Shown here piece by piece: positions 33,774-44,715 of a stretch of 61,396 nucleotides of DNA. The translations under genes were made by a program, and so were the position numbers. Source of the DNA: an uncultured Bacilli bacterium (lineage in GTDB: Bacteria > Bacillota_I > Bacilli_A > RF39 > UBA660); contig CALVQE010000003.1 in NCBI GenBank assembly GCA_944355355.1, forward strand, positions 1 to 61,396, written 5' to 3'. A model generated the notes under the pieces. It was not told the origin of the DNA. It ran no database searches and saw nothing but the letters and a program-made list of their open reading frames with translations. Each line of letters starts with the position of its first letter. Position 1 is the first letter of the stretch.

Positions 33774-35786
33774 ATGGATAAGTTTGAGTTGCAAAAAGAA
33801 AAAGATCATTTGAAGGGAGTTTGTAAGTTTTTAAATGATAAGATTAAAATGATGAGTCAAACTATTTTTTCTTCGAAAGAGCGGATTCAGGAATTTCGAA
33901 AGTATGTGTGGGAAAATAAGGGGGATATGGACGTTCAGGAACTTACAAGTGTAAGGACAAATAGTGAGATGGAAGCTAAACGAATGCTTGATGAACGTGA
34001 CTATTACCGGAGGTTGTTGAAAATAGAGTCTAGTCCTTATTTTGCTTCTATACAGTTTATGGATGATGTGGGTGTCAAGCATGACATTTATATTGGAATG
34101 ACGTATTTAAAAAAAGATGAGCTTCATCAGATTATTTATGATTGGCGTGCGCCGGTTTGTAGTTTGTTTTATGATTATGAGACAGGACCCGCACATTACT
34201 TGGCTCCGGAAGGAGAGGTTTACGGAGAGTTGCTGCGGAAAAGGCAATATAAGATAGAGAGTCAGAAGCTTATACGGGTATTTGACAATTCTTTAAATAT
34301 TAATGATGATGTTTTACAGGAGGTGCTCGCCGAAAACTCGAATGAGAAAATGAAAAATATTGTCAATACGATTCAACAGGAACAAAATCAGGTTATAAGA
34401 AATATCCGAGATAAAAATTTGATTGTACAAGGTATTGCTGGTTCGGGTAAGACAAGTGTTGCTTTACATCGTATTGCGTTTTTACTTTACAAAATTCCTA
34501 ATTTAACAAGTGAAAAGGTACTTATTTTTTCACCTAATCAAATTTTTACAGAATATATTTCTAATGTACTACCGGAGTTAGGTGAGGAGAACACGGTTCA
34601 GACTACTTTTCATGATTATCTTTCTAAGATTATTACAGAGTATAAAGAGGTAGAGTCTTTTATTCATTTTCTTTCGAGATACTATCAAGATGATAATACG
34701 TCTTATGAAGAGGTTTGTTATAAGCAAAGTGAAAAGATTATCTTGGATATTGAGGCTTATGTACATCATTTAGAAGAGAATACTTTTTTTGAGAGGGGTT
34801 TTGTGGAGAATCATGTTTTTGAGTATTCTAAAGAAGAGCTTGATTATTTGTTTCATGATCGGTTTAGTTCGCTTAGTTTTTTTGAGAGGATTCAGGCTAT
34901 GGCTTTGAAAATGAGTGAGAATAATTATAATGGGAAAAGGCATAGGCAAGCGACGTATCGAAAGTTATTGTTTGAGTGTTTGCCTGTGAAAAGGGATTTT
35001 AAACAAATTTTGATTGATTTTTATGAGTCGGATTATTGTGATATCAATATAAGCTCTGATGAGATTCGTAAATTAAAAAGTAATCGTTTTATTTCGTATG
35101 AAGACGCGCTTGTTTTTGTGTATTTGAAAGGGTTGTTAAGTGAATTTCCTTATGATAAATATATGGAACAAGTGGTGATTGATGAGGCTCAAGATTATAA
35201 TTATTTGCAATACAAGATTTTGAGTAAGATTTTCAAGAAAGCACATTTTACAATTTTAGGTGATATTCATCAGAATATTAATCCTTATTATGCTTATGAT
35301 TCTTTAGAAAGGTTAAATGACTTATGGCCTAGCAGATATATTGAGCTTACAAAGACGTATCGTTCTAGTGAAGAGATTATTTCTTTTACAAATAAGATTT
35401 TACATTTGAATCATGTTAGTGCGATTCGAAAGAAGAATGCAAATCCGGTTTTGGTACATGATTATGATAAACTTATTTCTGATATTGAATATTTAAATGC
35501 AAAGTATAAGAATGTGGCAATTGTAACTAAGGATGAGAAGACGGCTAGTGAGTTGTATGAACAACTAAAAGATGAGTTTAAGATGTCTTTTGTTAATGCT
35601 TTTACGACAGATTTTCAGAAAGATTTGTTGATATTGCCTGCGTATTTAGCTAAAGGTTTAGAATTTGATAGTGTGATTGTTTATCAGGATAAAGACTCTT
35701 ATTATGATGAAAAGTCTCAAAATCTGTTTTATGTGGCATGTACAAGGGCTCAGCATGAACTGGTTGTTTTAGAGAAAGATGCATAG
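33774..35786 (+). CDS. helD: HelD (helicase IV-like, RNA-polymerase-recycling UvrD-family ATPase)
   Basis: Coiled N-terminal arm. IVQGIAGSGKTSVALHRIAFLLY, VVIDEAQDY, TYRSSEE and LEFDSVIV motifs. Confidence 0.8.
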   Translation: MDKFELQKEKDHLKGVCKFLNDKIKMMSQTIFSSKERIQEFRKYVWENKGDMDVQELTSVRTNSEMEAKRMLDERDYYRRLLKIESSPYFASIQFMDDVGVKHDIYIGMTYLKKDELHQIIYDWRAPVCSLFYDYETGPAHYLAPEGEVYGELLRKRQYKIESQKLIRVFDNSLNINDDVLQEVLAENSNEKMKNIVNTIQQEQNQVIRNIRDKNLIVQGIAGSGKTSVALHRIAFLLYKIPNLTSEKVLIFSPNQIFTEYISNVLPELGEENTVQTTFHDYLSKIITEYKEVESFIHFLSRYYQDDNTSYEEVCYKQSEKIILDIEAYVHHLEENTFFERGFVENHVFEYSKEELDYLFHDRFSSLSFFERIQAMALKMSENNYNGKRHRQATYRKLLFECLPVKRDFKQILIDFYESDYCDINISSDEIRKLKSNRFISYEDALVFVYLKGLLSEFPYDKYMEQVVIDEAQDYNYLQYKILSKIFKKAHFTILGDIHQNINPYYAYDSLERLNDLWPSRYIELTKTYRSSEEIISFTNKILHLNHVSAIRKKNANPVLVHDYDKLISDIEYLNAKYKNVAIVTKDEKTASELYEQLKDEFKMSFVNAFTTDFQKDLLILPAYLAKGLEFDSVIVYQDKDSYYDEKSQNLFYVACTRAQHELVVLEKDA

Positions 35787-35869
35787 AAATATGGTCTTTT
35801 TTCCTTAAGAAAGTTTGATATTATGGTACTTATTTGTTATACTAATAGCAGAAAACTTTGAGGTGGCTT

Positions 35870-36613
35870 ATGAAACAAGTAACGAATGATTATGCGATTG
35901 AAGTAATTGGTGTCACAAAAAAATTTAAGATTTATTATGATAAAGCTAATACTTTAAAGGAGCATTTGCTGTTTTGGAAAAGGAATAAAAGTGAAGAATT
36001 TGTGGCTTTAAAAAACATTAATGTTAAAATTAAAAAGGGTGAAACGGTTGGGTTAATTGGAGTGAATGGTTCTGGTAAGAGCACTTTATTAAAGCTTATG
36101 ACAAAGATTATTTATCCTACTTCTGGTAAGGTGATTACTCACGGAAAGCTTACTAGTCTTCTTGAACTTGGAGCAGGGTTTCATCAAGATTTCACGGGAC
36201 GAGAAAATATTTATTTTAATGCTGCAATTTTTGGTTTAACTAAAGAAGAAATTGATAAGCGTTTAGATGATATTATTGAATTTTCAGAGTTGGGAGAATT
36301 TATTGATAATCCAGTTCGGACTTATTCTTCTGGTATGTATATGCGTCTTGCTTTTTCGATTGCTATTAATGTAGATGCTGAGATTTTGCTTATTGATGAG
36401 ATATTAGCTGTTGGTGATCAACATTTTCAAGAAAAGTGTTTTAAAAAATTAGAAGAACTGAAGAATAGTGATAAGACTATTGTTATTGTCAGTCATAGTT
36501 TGGATCAAATTGAAAGTTTGTGTACTAGAGCTATTTGGATTTATGATGGTGAAATCGAGATGGATGCAGCGCCTAAAGAAGTCATTCCTAAATATTTAGA
36601 AAAGTGTAGGTGA
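35870..36613 (+). CDS. Polysaccharide/teichoic-acid ABC exporter ATP-binding protein (RgpD/TagH class)
   Basis: GVNGSGKSTLLK, YSSGMYMRLAFS, LLIDEILAVGD. Confidence 0.9.
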   Translation: MKQVTNDYAIEVIGVTKKFKIYYDKANTLKEHLLFWKRNKSEEFVALKNINVKIKKGETVGLIGVNGSGKSTLLKLMTKIIYPTSGKVITHGKLTSLLELGAGFHQDFTGRENIYFNAAIFGLTKEEIDKRLDDIIEFSELGEFIDNPVRTYSSGMYMRLAFSIAINVDAEILLIDEILAVGDQHFQEKCFKKLEELKNSDKTIVIVSHSLDQIESLCTRAIWIYDGEIEMDAAPKEVIPKYLEKCR

Positions 36614-36617
36614 AAAA

Positions 36618-37391
36618 ATGACAATTTTTAAAAATTTATATCAGTATCGTGAACTTTTGAAAACAAATGTTCAGAAGGAAATACGGGGTAAATATAAAGG
36701 TTCATTTTTGGGAATTTTGTGGTCTTTTTTAAATCCTTTATTGATGGTTTTTGTTTATGCTTTGGTTTTTTCTGTGATTTTAAAACAAGATATTCCGAAT
36801 TATCTTATTTTCTTGATTGTAGGAGTTATTCCTTGGAATTTCTTTACGACTGTAATCACTCAAGGAACAAATTGTATTTGGTTAAATGGCGGGATTATTA
36901 AGAAAGTCTTTTTTCCAAGAGAAATTCTTCCGATTTCAGTTGTATTAGCTGGGTTAGTGAACTTTTTAATTTCTTGTATTATTATTTTAGTTTTTGTTTT
37001 GTTTAGTGGGATGGGTTTTAGTTGGCATTTGATTTGGTTGCCACTTATTGCCGTATTACAGACATTATTTAGTTTAGGATTGTTATTTGCTTTAAGTGCT
37101 ATTGATGTATATGTTAGGGATGTCGAATATTTAGTTAATTTTTTGTTAAGTTTGCTATTTTACGCAACACCAATTATTTATACAGTTGATTTGTTTCCTG
37201 AGTCTATGAGGTGGATTTTGTATTTAAATCCAATGACTCATTTTATTGATGCTTATCGAAGTATTTTTTATTATCAGACTTCTCCTTCTATTGTCAGTTT
37301 AGGTTATATTACTTTGTTTACGATTATCTTTTTAATTTTTGGATACTTAATTTTCCGAAAGTTGGAAAAAGGTTTTGCAGAAGAGGTATGA
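36618..37391 (+). CDS. ABC-2 type polysaccharide exporter permease (RgpC/TagG class)
   Basis: 257 aa with 6 TM segments and the ABC-2 membrane pattern. Located immediately downstream of the ATPase. Confidence 0.85.
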   Translation: MTIFKNLYQYRELLKTNVQKEIRGKYKGSFLGILWSFLNPLLMVFVYALVFSVILKQDIPNYLIFLIVGVIPWNFFTTVITQGTNCIWLNGGIIKKVFFPREILPISVVLAGLVNFLISCIIILVFVLFSGMGFSWHLIWLPLIAVLQTLFSLGLLFALSAIDVYVRDVEYLVNFLLSLLFYATPIIYTVDLFPESMRWILYLNPMTHFIDAYRSIFYYQTSPSIVSLGYITLFTIIFLIFGYLIFRKLEKGFAEEV

Positions 37392-37392
37392 T

Positions 37393-38235
37393 ATGAAGTT
37401 GGCAGCAGTGGTTGTTTTTTATCATCCTAATGATGAAAATATTGAGAATATTAAAAATTATGAGAGGTTTGTAGATAAATTTTATATTGTTGATAATTCT
37501 TCAGATGATATCAATTATTATAAAAGCAACAAAAAAGTTGAGTATATTAAGTATGGTGATAATAAAGGTATTGCTACGGCTTTAAATGAAGGGGCTAGAA
37601 GGGCTATAGAGGATGGCTATCAATGGCTTCTTACAATGGATCAGGATAGTAAGATTACAGGTAATATTATTAAACAAATGGAACAATATTTGATGAAACA
37701 TGCAGATGAAAAAATTGGCCTTGTTTCGCCTTATCATGATATTTATAGTGATGAGGTCGTGCCTGATGTTGAAGTAGAGGAAATGATTGAGGTTATGACA
37801 TCTGGAAATATTATTTCTTTACAAGCTTATCAGGATGTTGGGGGGTTTAAAGATTGGCTTTTTATTGATTGTGTTGATACGGATTATTGTATGAATTTAC
37901 ATATGCACGGTTATAAGGTTTTGCGGTTGAATCGGGTACGGATGGAACATCATTTGGGTCATTTAGAGGTTCACAGGTTGTTTGGAAAAAAGTATCCATG
38001 TTATAATCACAGTCCAATGCGAAGGTATTATATCGTTCGCAATAATTTGTATATAAGGCAGATGTATGGCGATATATATCCGGATTATTGCGCATATTTA
38101 ATTCGTGTGCAAAAGGGACAAGTAAAAAGAATTATTGCTTTTGAAACTCAGAAATTTCAGAAGCTAAAAATGATGTATCAAGGTTATAAGGATTTTAAAA
38201 AGGGAATAAAAGGGAAAAAAAGATTGGCTGATTAG
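37393..38235 (+). CDS. GT2 glycosyltransferase
   Basis: AAVVVFYHP, IVDNSS, NKGIATALN, TMDQDS. Confidence 0.8.
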   Translation: MKLAAVVVFYHPNDENIENIKNYERFVDKFYIVDNSSDDINYYKSNKKVEYIKYGDNKGIATALNEGARRAIEDGYQWLLTMDQDSKITGNIIKQMEQYLMKHADEKIGLVSPYHDIYSDEVVPDVEVEEMIEVMTSGNIISLQAYQDVGGFKDWLFIDCVDTDYCMNLHMHGYKVLRLNRVRMEHHLGHLEVHRLFGKKYPCYNHSPMRRYYIVRNNLYIRQMYGDIYPDYCAYLIRVQKGQVKRIIAFETQKFQKLKMMYQGYKDFKKGIKGKKRLAD

Positions 38236-38243
38236 GAGGATTT

Positions 38244-40247
38244 ATGCAAGAAGAATTTCAAAAGTTAAAAAAATTGATTGATCAATATGATGTCGTTTCT
38301 TTCGATGTTTTTGATACTTTGTTGTTGCGGAATGTATTGAAACCAACGGATGTATTTTTAGCTATGAACGAATATGCTTTAGAGCAATATCGTATTGTTG
38401 ATTTTGCTGAGGAACGCATTTTGGCTGAGGCAAAGTCGAGGGTTGGGCATGAGAATAACGAGACTACTTTGGAAGATATTTATGAGGTTTTAGCTTCAAA
38501 GTTTCATCAGGGTATGCAAAAGTTGATGGAGAAGGAATTACAGCTTGAAACAAAGTTTTTAGTAGTTAATCCTTGGATGCATGAAATTTATGAATATGCT
38601 AGGAAAAAGAAAAAGAGGGTATTAGCTATTTCTGATATGTATTTGCCAAGGGATTATATTGTTCAGATTTTAAAAGATCAAGGTTATGATTTGGATGCTG
38701 TGTATGTTTCGTCAACAAATTTTCAGGTTAAAGGAAATCAATCTTTGTTTCATTATGTTCAAAATAAGGAAGATATTGATTTAACCAAATGGATACATAT
38801 TGGAGATAATCGAATCTCTGATTATGAATCGCCTAAAAGTATGGGGATAGAGGCATATCATTATAAGAGTGTTGGACAAAGAAGTGGTTTTCAAAATCAA
38901 AGTAATACGCTTGCAGAAAGTATTTTTAAGGCTGTTTCGCAAAATGCAATATATACTTCTTTACGGGATTTAAGTGAATGGGAAGTTTTTGGTATTCGTT
39001 ATGTGGCCCCTTTATATTATAGTTTTACCAATTGGATTTATCAGTTAACTAAACATAAAGATAATATTTATTTTTTAGCTCGTGATGGTTATGCTGTGAA
39101 ACAAGTTTATGAGATGTTTATGAAGAAGTTAAATAAAAATATTGATACGTATTATTTGTATTGTTCAAGGGCCTCTTTTCAAATTCCTACTCTAAGCGAT
39201 AAAGAAAAGGCTTTTGCTTTGGATGTTTTAACGCGATTTAATCCAACGATGAATCAAAAGGTTAAGATTGAATCTATTTTAAAGTCTTTAGAATTGGATC
39301 CAGCTCATTATAAAAAAGAATTTCAAAATTTTGGATTGAATAAAGATGTTGTGTTAGATAATGAAAATTTGTATCGTGTAAAAAAGTTTTTGAGTTATAT
39401 TTATGAGGATATTTTAGAAAAATTACAGCAAAAGAAATCTGTTGTTCAGATGTATTTAAAGAGTATGCATTTAGATCAATATGATACAATTAATATTGTC
39501 GATATTGGTTGGGCTGGAAGTACCCAGTTTGCTTTGTATGATTTGCTAGATAAATCTATAATAGGCTATTATTTTGGAACGCGAAAGAATATGTATGATG
39601 ATGTGAAATATAATTCTTTTGGCTATATGTTTGATGCTGAAGAACCTAAACACAGATATAAAAAAATTGATGATAATATCATGATGTATGAATTTATTTT
39701 TTCAGCTCCGCACGGTTCTACTTTAGGATTTAAGAAAGAGAAAAAGAAAGTTGTTCCTATTTTGGGTGATAATAGTATTAACAGTAAATTTATTGAGCAA
39801 TTTCAAGCTTCGGCAATTCAGATTTGCCAGGAATATTTAATGTATTATGATGAGCTTAAGTTTGCTTCACCAGATATTGCTTTAGATAATTATCATGAAT
39901 TTATTGAGAGAAAAAGATATGCTGATTTACAAATGTTTTCTAAGGTGAAGGAATCGGTTGGCTATGATGGGGCTAAGATTTCGTTTGTTCCTAGTTTTAA
40001 AGTAGAAGAAATTAAGGAAGATTTATCTGAATTTTATCATTTGATAAATACAGCTTTATGGAAAAATTCGTTTCTAATTGATGGCAAAAATGAAAAGGAA
40101 TACTTGTTGATTCAAAAGGAGCTTTTTAGTAAAAAAACACGAATTAGATGTTTATTTAAAAATATTCGTTTTAAAACGATTTTGAAAGCAATTCGTTATC
40201 CAAGAACAACAATTCGGAAGATAAAAATGATTTTGAAAAATGATTAG
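38244..40247 (+). CDS. HAD-superfamily hydrolase-like polysaccharide modification protein
   Basis: HAD motif I, VVSFDVFDTLLLRN, followed by a large uncharacterised C-terminal region. Confidence 0.55.
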   Translation: MQEEFQKLKKLIDQYDVVSFDVFDTLLLRNVLKPTDVFLAMNEYALEQYRIVDFAEERILAEAKSRVGHENNETTLEDIYEVLASKFHQGMQKLMEKELQLETKFLVVNPWMHEIYEYARKKKKRVLAISDMYLPRDYIVQILKDQGYDLDAVYVSSTNFQVKGNQSLFHYVQNKEDIDLTKWIHIGDNRISDYESPKSMGIEAYHYKSVGQRSGFQNQSNTLAESIFKAVSQNAIYTSLRDLSEWEVFGIRYVAPLYYSFTNWIYQLTKHKDNIYFLARDGYAVKQVYEMFMKKLNKNIDTYYLYCSRASFQIPTLSDKEKAFALDVLTRFNPTMNQKVKIESILKSLELDPAHYKKEFQNFGLNKDVVLDNENLYRVKKFLSYIYEDILEKLQQKKSVVQMYLKSMHLDQYDTINIVDIGWAGSTQFALYDLLDKSIIGYYFGTRKNMYDDVKYNSFGYMFDAEEPKHRYKKIDDNIMMYEFIFSAPHGSTLGFKKEKKKVVPILGDNSINSKFIEQFQASAIQICQEYLMYYDELKFASPDIALDNYHEFIERKRYADLQMFSKVKESVGYDGAKISFVPSFKVEEIKEDLSEFYHLINTALWKNSFLIDGKNEKEYLLIQKELFSKKTRIRCLFKNIRFKTILKAIRYPRTTIRKIKMILKND

Positions 40248-40261
40248 TAGGAGATGAAAAT

Positions 40262-42040
40262 ATGGGAAAGTTAGCTCATCCAAAACGATTAGGCTTGTTT
40301 GTTTTTTATGATCCTGATGGTATTGTTGATGATTATGTGGAATATTTACTCAATGATCTTTGTGCGAATTTTGATCATTTGACTATTTTTAGTAATAGTT
40401 TTTTAGAACCATCAGAAAAAGCAAAATTAGAGAAGTTTTCAAAAGACATTGTGATGCGTGAAAATAAAGGATTGGATGCTGGAGCTTTTTATGAGTATTT
40501 TACCACTTTTGATACTTATAAAGAGTACGATGAAATTATTTGTTTTAATGACACTTTTTTTGGCCCTTTTTATTCTTTTAAACAGGTTTTTGATTGTATG
40601 GATGATCGAGATATTGATTTTTGGGGCTTAGCCTTAGGCCATAGGCAAAGGGATGGTTATGGAATTATGCCAGAAGGATATATTTCTGAACATATTCAGA
40701 CTTTCTTTATTGCGTTTCGACATAATGTTCTTGTCAGTGAAGCATTTCAAAATTATTGGAAAAATTATGATTATGAACATATGCAAACGTTTTATGATGT
40801 TGTAACCAAACATGAACTTCGTTTTACACAGTATCTTGCTCAAGCTGGTTTTCGATATGATTCTTATATTAAGGATACAAATGCATCTGCAAATTATATG
40901 GAAAATTATAATAATTATAATTATAATGCTGCAACACAAATTATTCAGGATAAGGCATTATATATTAAAAGAAAAAACTTTGCTTTTGCTAAAAAGGATT
41001 TCTTATATTTAACGGATCAAGATGATTTAAGAAGGGCTTTAGAATATATAAAAAATGAGACAGAGTATGATGTACGGATGATTTGGAAAAATATTTTACG
41101 TTTATATTCTTTGAGTGATATTCATGAAAGTTTAGGTCTTTATTCTATTGTTTCTGAGCAACCTTGTCCTTTAAATAGAAATGTAATTTTTGTTGTTTAT
41201 ATTGACAATGTTCTTATGATGAAAGATTTGGCTTCTAAGATTTTTGAAATTCAAGGAGATTGGCAAGTGTTTACGGCAAATGAACAAGTTTATGATTTTT
41301 TGAAAGAGAAATGTTCCATTACTAAAATTAAAAAAAATGAATTTAGTAGACGCTTTGTTTCTTTTTTAACTAAAGTTAAACAGGAATATGTAGGTTTTTT
41401 CTTTATTCCTGAGCATGTAGAAAATTGTATTACTATAATTGAAGAAAGTGTTTATAAAAAGTATTTGAAATGTATTGTAAATAGTCAAAGTTATATTAAT
41501 AATGTTTTAAAGTTTTTTGATAAAGATTCGAGCTTAGGTGTTTCGTATGCTTTAAATTCTCTTCATTATGATTATTATTATAAAAGTAATCATTGGGATC
41601 ATGATGTTTATTTAAAGTTAAAAGAGTTATTGCCAAATAATACTAAATTAGTTGAAGAAAAATTGCCTATTTCTTTTGCTCAAGCTTGGATCGTGCGTGG
41701 CGATGTTTTGAAATGTATTGATTTTACAGATTGGCATTTTGAAGAGGATGAATTGTTTGCTAAGTGCTTATCGATCGGTTTGTCTTTTGTGGCTGCGGAT
41801 AATGGGTACTATTCGAATTTGATTTTGAATGAAAAAGAGGCTCTGAATCAGTTAAATTTGTATCGGTGTATTTATCAAAATACAAGTCGTATTCTTCAGC
41901 GATTGCCAGGAGTTCCTTTAACTTTAAGTGGTGAGGTTGAATTTATAAAAAATATAAAGATCAAATCTTCTAAAAGTTTTATTCGGCGAGGTTTTCGTTA
42001 TATTAAGAGACTTGTAAAGAAAATGCTTCATAAAAAATAG
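40262..42040 (+). CDS. Rhamnan synthesis protein F (RgpF) family glycosyltransferase
   Basis: RLGLFVFYDPDGIVDDYVEYLLNDL and NKGLDAGAF fit the RgpF family. Confidence 0.75.
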   Translation: MGKLAHPKRLGLFVFYDPDGIVDDYVEYLLNDLCANFDHLTIFSNSFLEPSEKAKLEKFSKDIVMRENKGLDAGAFYEYFTTFDTYKEYDEIICFNDTFFGPFYSFKQVFDCMDDRDIDFWGLALGHRQRDGYGIMPEGYISEHIQTFFIAFRHNVLVSEAFQNYWKNYDYEHMQTFYDVVTKHELRFTQYLAQAGFRYDSYIKDTNASANYMENYNNYNYNAATQIIQDKALYIKRKNFAFAKKDFLYLTDQDDLRRALEYIKNETEYDVRMIWKNILRLYSLSDIHESLGLYSIVSEQPCPLNRNVIFVVYIDNVLMMKDLASKIFEIQGDWQVFTANEQVYDFLKEKCSITKIKKNEFSRRFVSFLTKVKQEYVGFFFIPEHVENCITIIEESVYKKYLKCIVNSQSYINNVLKFFDKDSSLGVSYALNSLHYDYYYKSNHWDHDVYLKLKELLPNNTKLVEEKLPISFAQAWIVRGDVLKCIDFTDWHFEEDELFAKCLSIGLSFVAADNGYYSNLILNEKEALNQLNLYRCIYQNTSRILQRLPGVPLTLSGEVEFIKNIKIKSSKSFIRRGFRYIKRLVKKMLHKK

Positions 42041-42053
42041 GGTGGTGAGTATA

Positions 42054-43913
42054 ATGGATTTATTTAAAAGAAATTTGGAGAAGCGTTATGCATGGGTTTT
42101 TCTTTTGGTTTTCGCTTTAAGTATTGCTTTACTTCTTGAGATTTTTGGATATAATGGACATTATTTTCAAAATGAGTTTAAGGGTAGTGAGGTAGAAGAG
42201 AATGTTCGTTATGAAGAGGTTAATGGACAAGTTAATGTGACTGTTTCTGATATTAATAAGTACGTACATGAGTTGTCTTTTCAGACTTCTTTAGATTGGG
42301 AGTTAAATGTTTCGTTTGTCAGTTATGGTGTGGATGAAAGTGATCAAGCAACACCTATTCGTGAAGAACAGTTATCTGGTAATTTTGATGGGGATGTTTA
42401 TTTCCGGATTCACGATTATGTTAAAGATATACGACTTGTTTTTGGCGGAATTTCAGTAGATGAGATTCGTTTACAAAATGTATATGTTCATAATGAGTTT
42501 TCTTTTAATTTCATTCGTTATGCATTGTATAGTTGTGTTATCTTTTTAGGATTGTTTTTTGCAAAGAAAATTTTATTGAAGGAAAAGCTTGATTTAGCTA
42601 TTACTTTTTTACAATTGGCTATTCCTTTGGGAATTTTTTATGCAATTATGACCCCTTTTGGGTATTCTATGGATGAAAAGGAACATTTTGTTCGGTCTTA
42701 TAATATTGCACAAGGAAATTTCTTTTTGGATGAAGGTGAAGAAGTACTATGGCCAAGTGGTATTCAAACGCTTATGGGTAATACTTATGGTCGGATGATT
42801 CCTAGTACTTATCGCTCTTTTTTGGAAAGCTTTCAGGATTGGGGTACGGATTCTTATGAACTCGCTTATTATTCTTCCACAGCGGAGCCTTACTTGTTTT
42901 TTGCTTATGTAGTTAGTGGTAGTGGTATTTTTTTAGGAAGAGTTCTGAATTTACCTTTTTGGGCTCAATTTTATCTTGGTCGGATTTTTAATGTTTTGTT
43001 TTCTGTTTTGATCATTTTTTGGGCAATTAAATTAAGTGGCAAGTATCAAAAAATCTTTTTTGCTGTAGGATTGATTCCGGTTGTTCTTTTTCAGGCCGCT
43101 TCGTATTCAGCAGATATGTTTACTAATGCTTTTGCTTTGCTTTCTATTTCCTTAACTTTATTTTACCGAGAACGTAAGCAAAGAATTGGATTAAAGGATA
43201 TGGCCATTTTAACTACAAGTTATTTGTTGACTTTTCTTTCAAAAATTGCTTATTTTCCGATTGCGCTTCTTGTCTTTTTGCTTCCAAAAGAACAGTTTGA
43301 GTCAAAAAAGACATCTTGGGTATTTAAATGGGGAAGTCTGTTTATTGTTTTCCTTGGCGTTTTGTGGTGCTTCTTGTATGCTCAAGCTCACGGCATTGTT
43401 CAGTGGGCTAGTACTGGCATTAATGCTAAGGAACAAGTCTTGTTTATTTTAACGCAGCCTATACAATATCTTAAAGTTTTATGGACCACTTTTAATTCAG
43501 GATTGTTAGGGCTATTTAGTGGAGCAACGATTTTGCTTGGTTACTGTGGTGATTTAGGAAATATCAATTTTTTCCTTATGTTTATTTTTCTTATTCTGGC
43601 ACTAGCTTCTTCTTATCAAGCACATCATTTAAAATTAAAGGATAAGTTTTGGCTTTTCTTATGTATCGCAGGATGTGTGTTGGTATCCATCACTTCCTTA
43701 TATGTGACCTTTACGCCGGTTGGGAATAGCACTGTACTTGGATATCAAGGTAGATATTTGCTTCCAGTTTTAGCTATGGTGTTATTACTTTTTGTTTCTT
43801 CTAAGTTTCGGCTTGAATTAAAGGAATCTACTTGTTCTATTTTACTTGTTTTGTTTGGTGGGTATATTCATTTTTATACTTTGTTTATGATACTTAGGTT
43901 ATTTTATGGATAA
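42054..43913 (+). CDS. DUF2142-type polytopic membrane protein (GT-C-like)
   Basis: Many TM segments. The periplasmic-loop motif SMDEKEHFVRSY fits the DE..H pattern of DUF2142. Confidence 0.6.
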   Translation: MDLFKRNLEKRYAWVFLLVFALSIALLLEIFGYNGHYFQNEFKGSEVEENVRYEEVNGQVNVTVSDINKYVHELSFQTSLDWELNVSFVSYGVDESDQATPIREEQLSGNFDGDVYFRIHDYVKDIRLVFGGISVDEIRLQNVYVHNEFSFNFIRYALYSCVIFLGLFFAKKILLKEKLDLAITFLQLAIPLGIFYAIMTPFGYSMDEKEHFVRSYNIAQGNFFLDEGEEVLWPSGIQTLMGNTYGRMIPSTYRSFLESFQDWGTDSYELAYYSSTAEPYLFFAYVVSGSGIFLGRVLNLPFWAQFYLGRIFNVLFSVLIIFWAIKLSGKYQKIFFAVGLIPVVLFQAASYSADMFTNAFALLSISLTLFYRERKQRIGLKDMAILTTSYLLTFLSKIAYFPIALLVFLLPKEQFESKKTSWVFKWGSLFIVFLGVLWCFLYAQAHGIVQWASTGINAKEQVLFILTQPIQYLKVLWTTFNSGLLGLFSGATILLGYCGDLGNINFFLMFIFLILALASSYQAHHLKLKDKFWLFLCIAGCVLVSITSLYVTFTPVGNSTVLGYQGRYLLPVLAMVLLLFVSSKFRLELKESTCSILLVLFGGYIHFYTLFMILRLFYG

Positions 43914-43914
43914 G

Positions 43915-43941
43915 AAAGGTGGGAGAAAATCACCTTTTTTT
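43915..43941 (+). terminator. Intrinsic terminator splitting the polysaccharide locus into operons
   Basis: Stem AAAGGTG/CACCTTT followed by a T-run. Confidence 0.65.
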
Positions 43942-44004
43942 CCATTCTTGGTAAGTTACATGGTATAATAAAGCAAATCAGGTGTGTTTGTAAAGAGGTG
44001 CAGT

Positions 44005-44715
44005 ATGAAAAAAATTTTATTGATTATTCCAGCTTATAACGAAGAGCAGAATATTTTAAAGACGTATGAGTCTATTACCAATTATAATGCAAAGTTTCAT
44101 TCTAAGTATGATGTTTTGGTAATCAATGATGGCAGTAGAGATAATACAGAGAAAATTTTGACGGATCATAATATTCCCCATATTCGACTTATTCAAAACT
44201 TGGGAATTGGTGGTGCGGTTCAAACGGGTTATATATACGCATTAAGAAATGGCTATGATGTGGCAGTGCAATTTGATGGTGATGGACAACATGATGTAAA
44301 TTATGTGAAAACGATTGTTGATCCTATTTTGAATGGTAAGGCTGACATGGTTATCGGTTCTAGATTTATTAATAAGGATATGGATAATTTTAAATCTTCA
44401 CAGGTAAGACGTTTAGGTATCCGTTTGTTATCCAGGGTAATTGCTTTTAAGACCAAAAAGAAAATTTATGATACTACTTCTGGTTTTCGAGCAGTTAATC
44501 GAGATATAATGGAGTTTTTTGCTCAGCATTATCCAACGGAATATCCCGAGCCTATTTCGACGGTGGAAGTTCTATCAAGGCATATGACGGTGCTAGAATT
44601 ACCGGTCAAGATGAAAGCAAGGGAGCATGGAAAATCTTCTATTACGCTTGTTAAAAGTATCTATTATATGATTAATGTTATTTTTTCTATTTTAATTATG
44701 AAGAAGGTGAAATAA
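44005..44715 (+). CDS. Soluble-type GT2 polyprenyl-phosphate glycosyltransferase (GacI-like)
   Basis: LLIIPAYNEEQNI, VINDGSRDNT, FDGDGQHD. No C-terminal TM segments. Confidence 0.8.
   Translation: MKKILLIIPAYNEEQNILKTYESITNYNAKFHSKYDVLVINDGSRDNTEKILTDHNIPHIRLIQNLGIGGAVQTGYIYALRNGYDVAVQFDGDGQHDVNYVKTIVDPILNGKADMVIGSRFINKDMDNFKSSQVRRLGIRLLSRVIAFKTKKKIYDTTSGFRAVNRDIMEFFAQHYPTEYPEPISTVEVLSRHMTVLELPVKMKAREHGKSSITLVKSIYYMINVIFSILIMKKVK

Noticed and set aside
36611-36613. Alternative genetic code (TGA as a sense codon, or TAA recoding) as an explanation for the recG stop
   Set aside because: TGA, TAA and TAG all terminate well-conserved genes at the expected family lengths in this window (for example the ABC ATPase ends at TGA 36611-36613). 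Standard code 11 fits.
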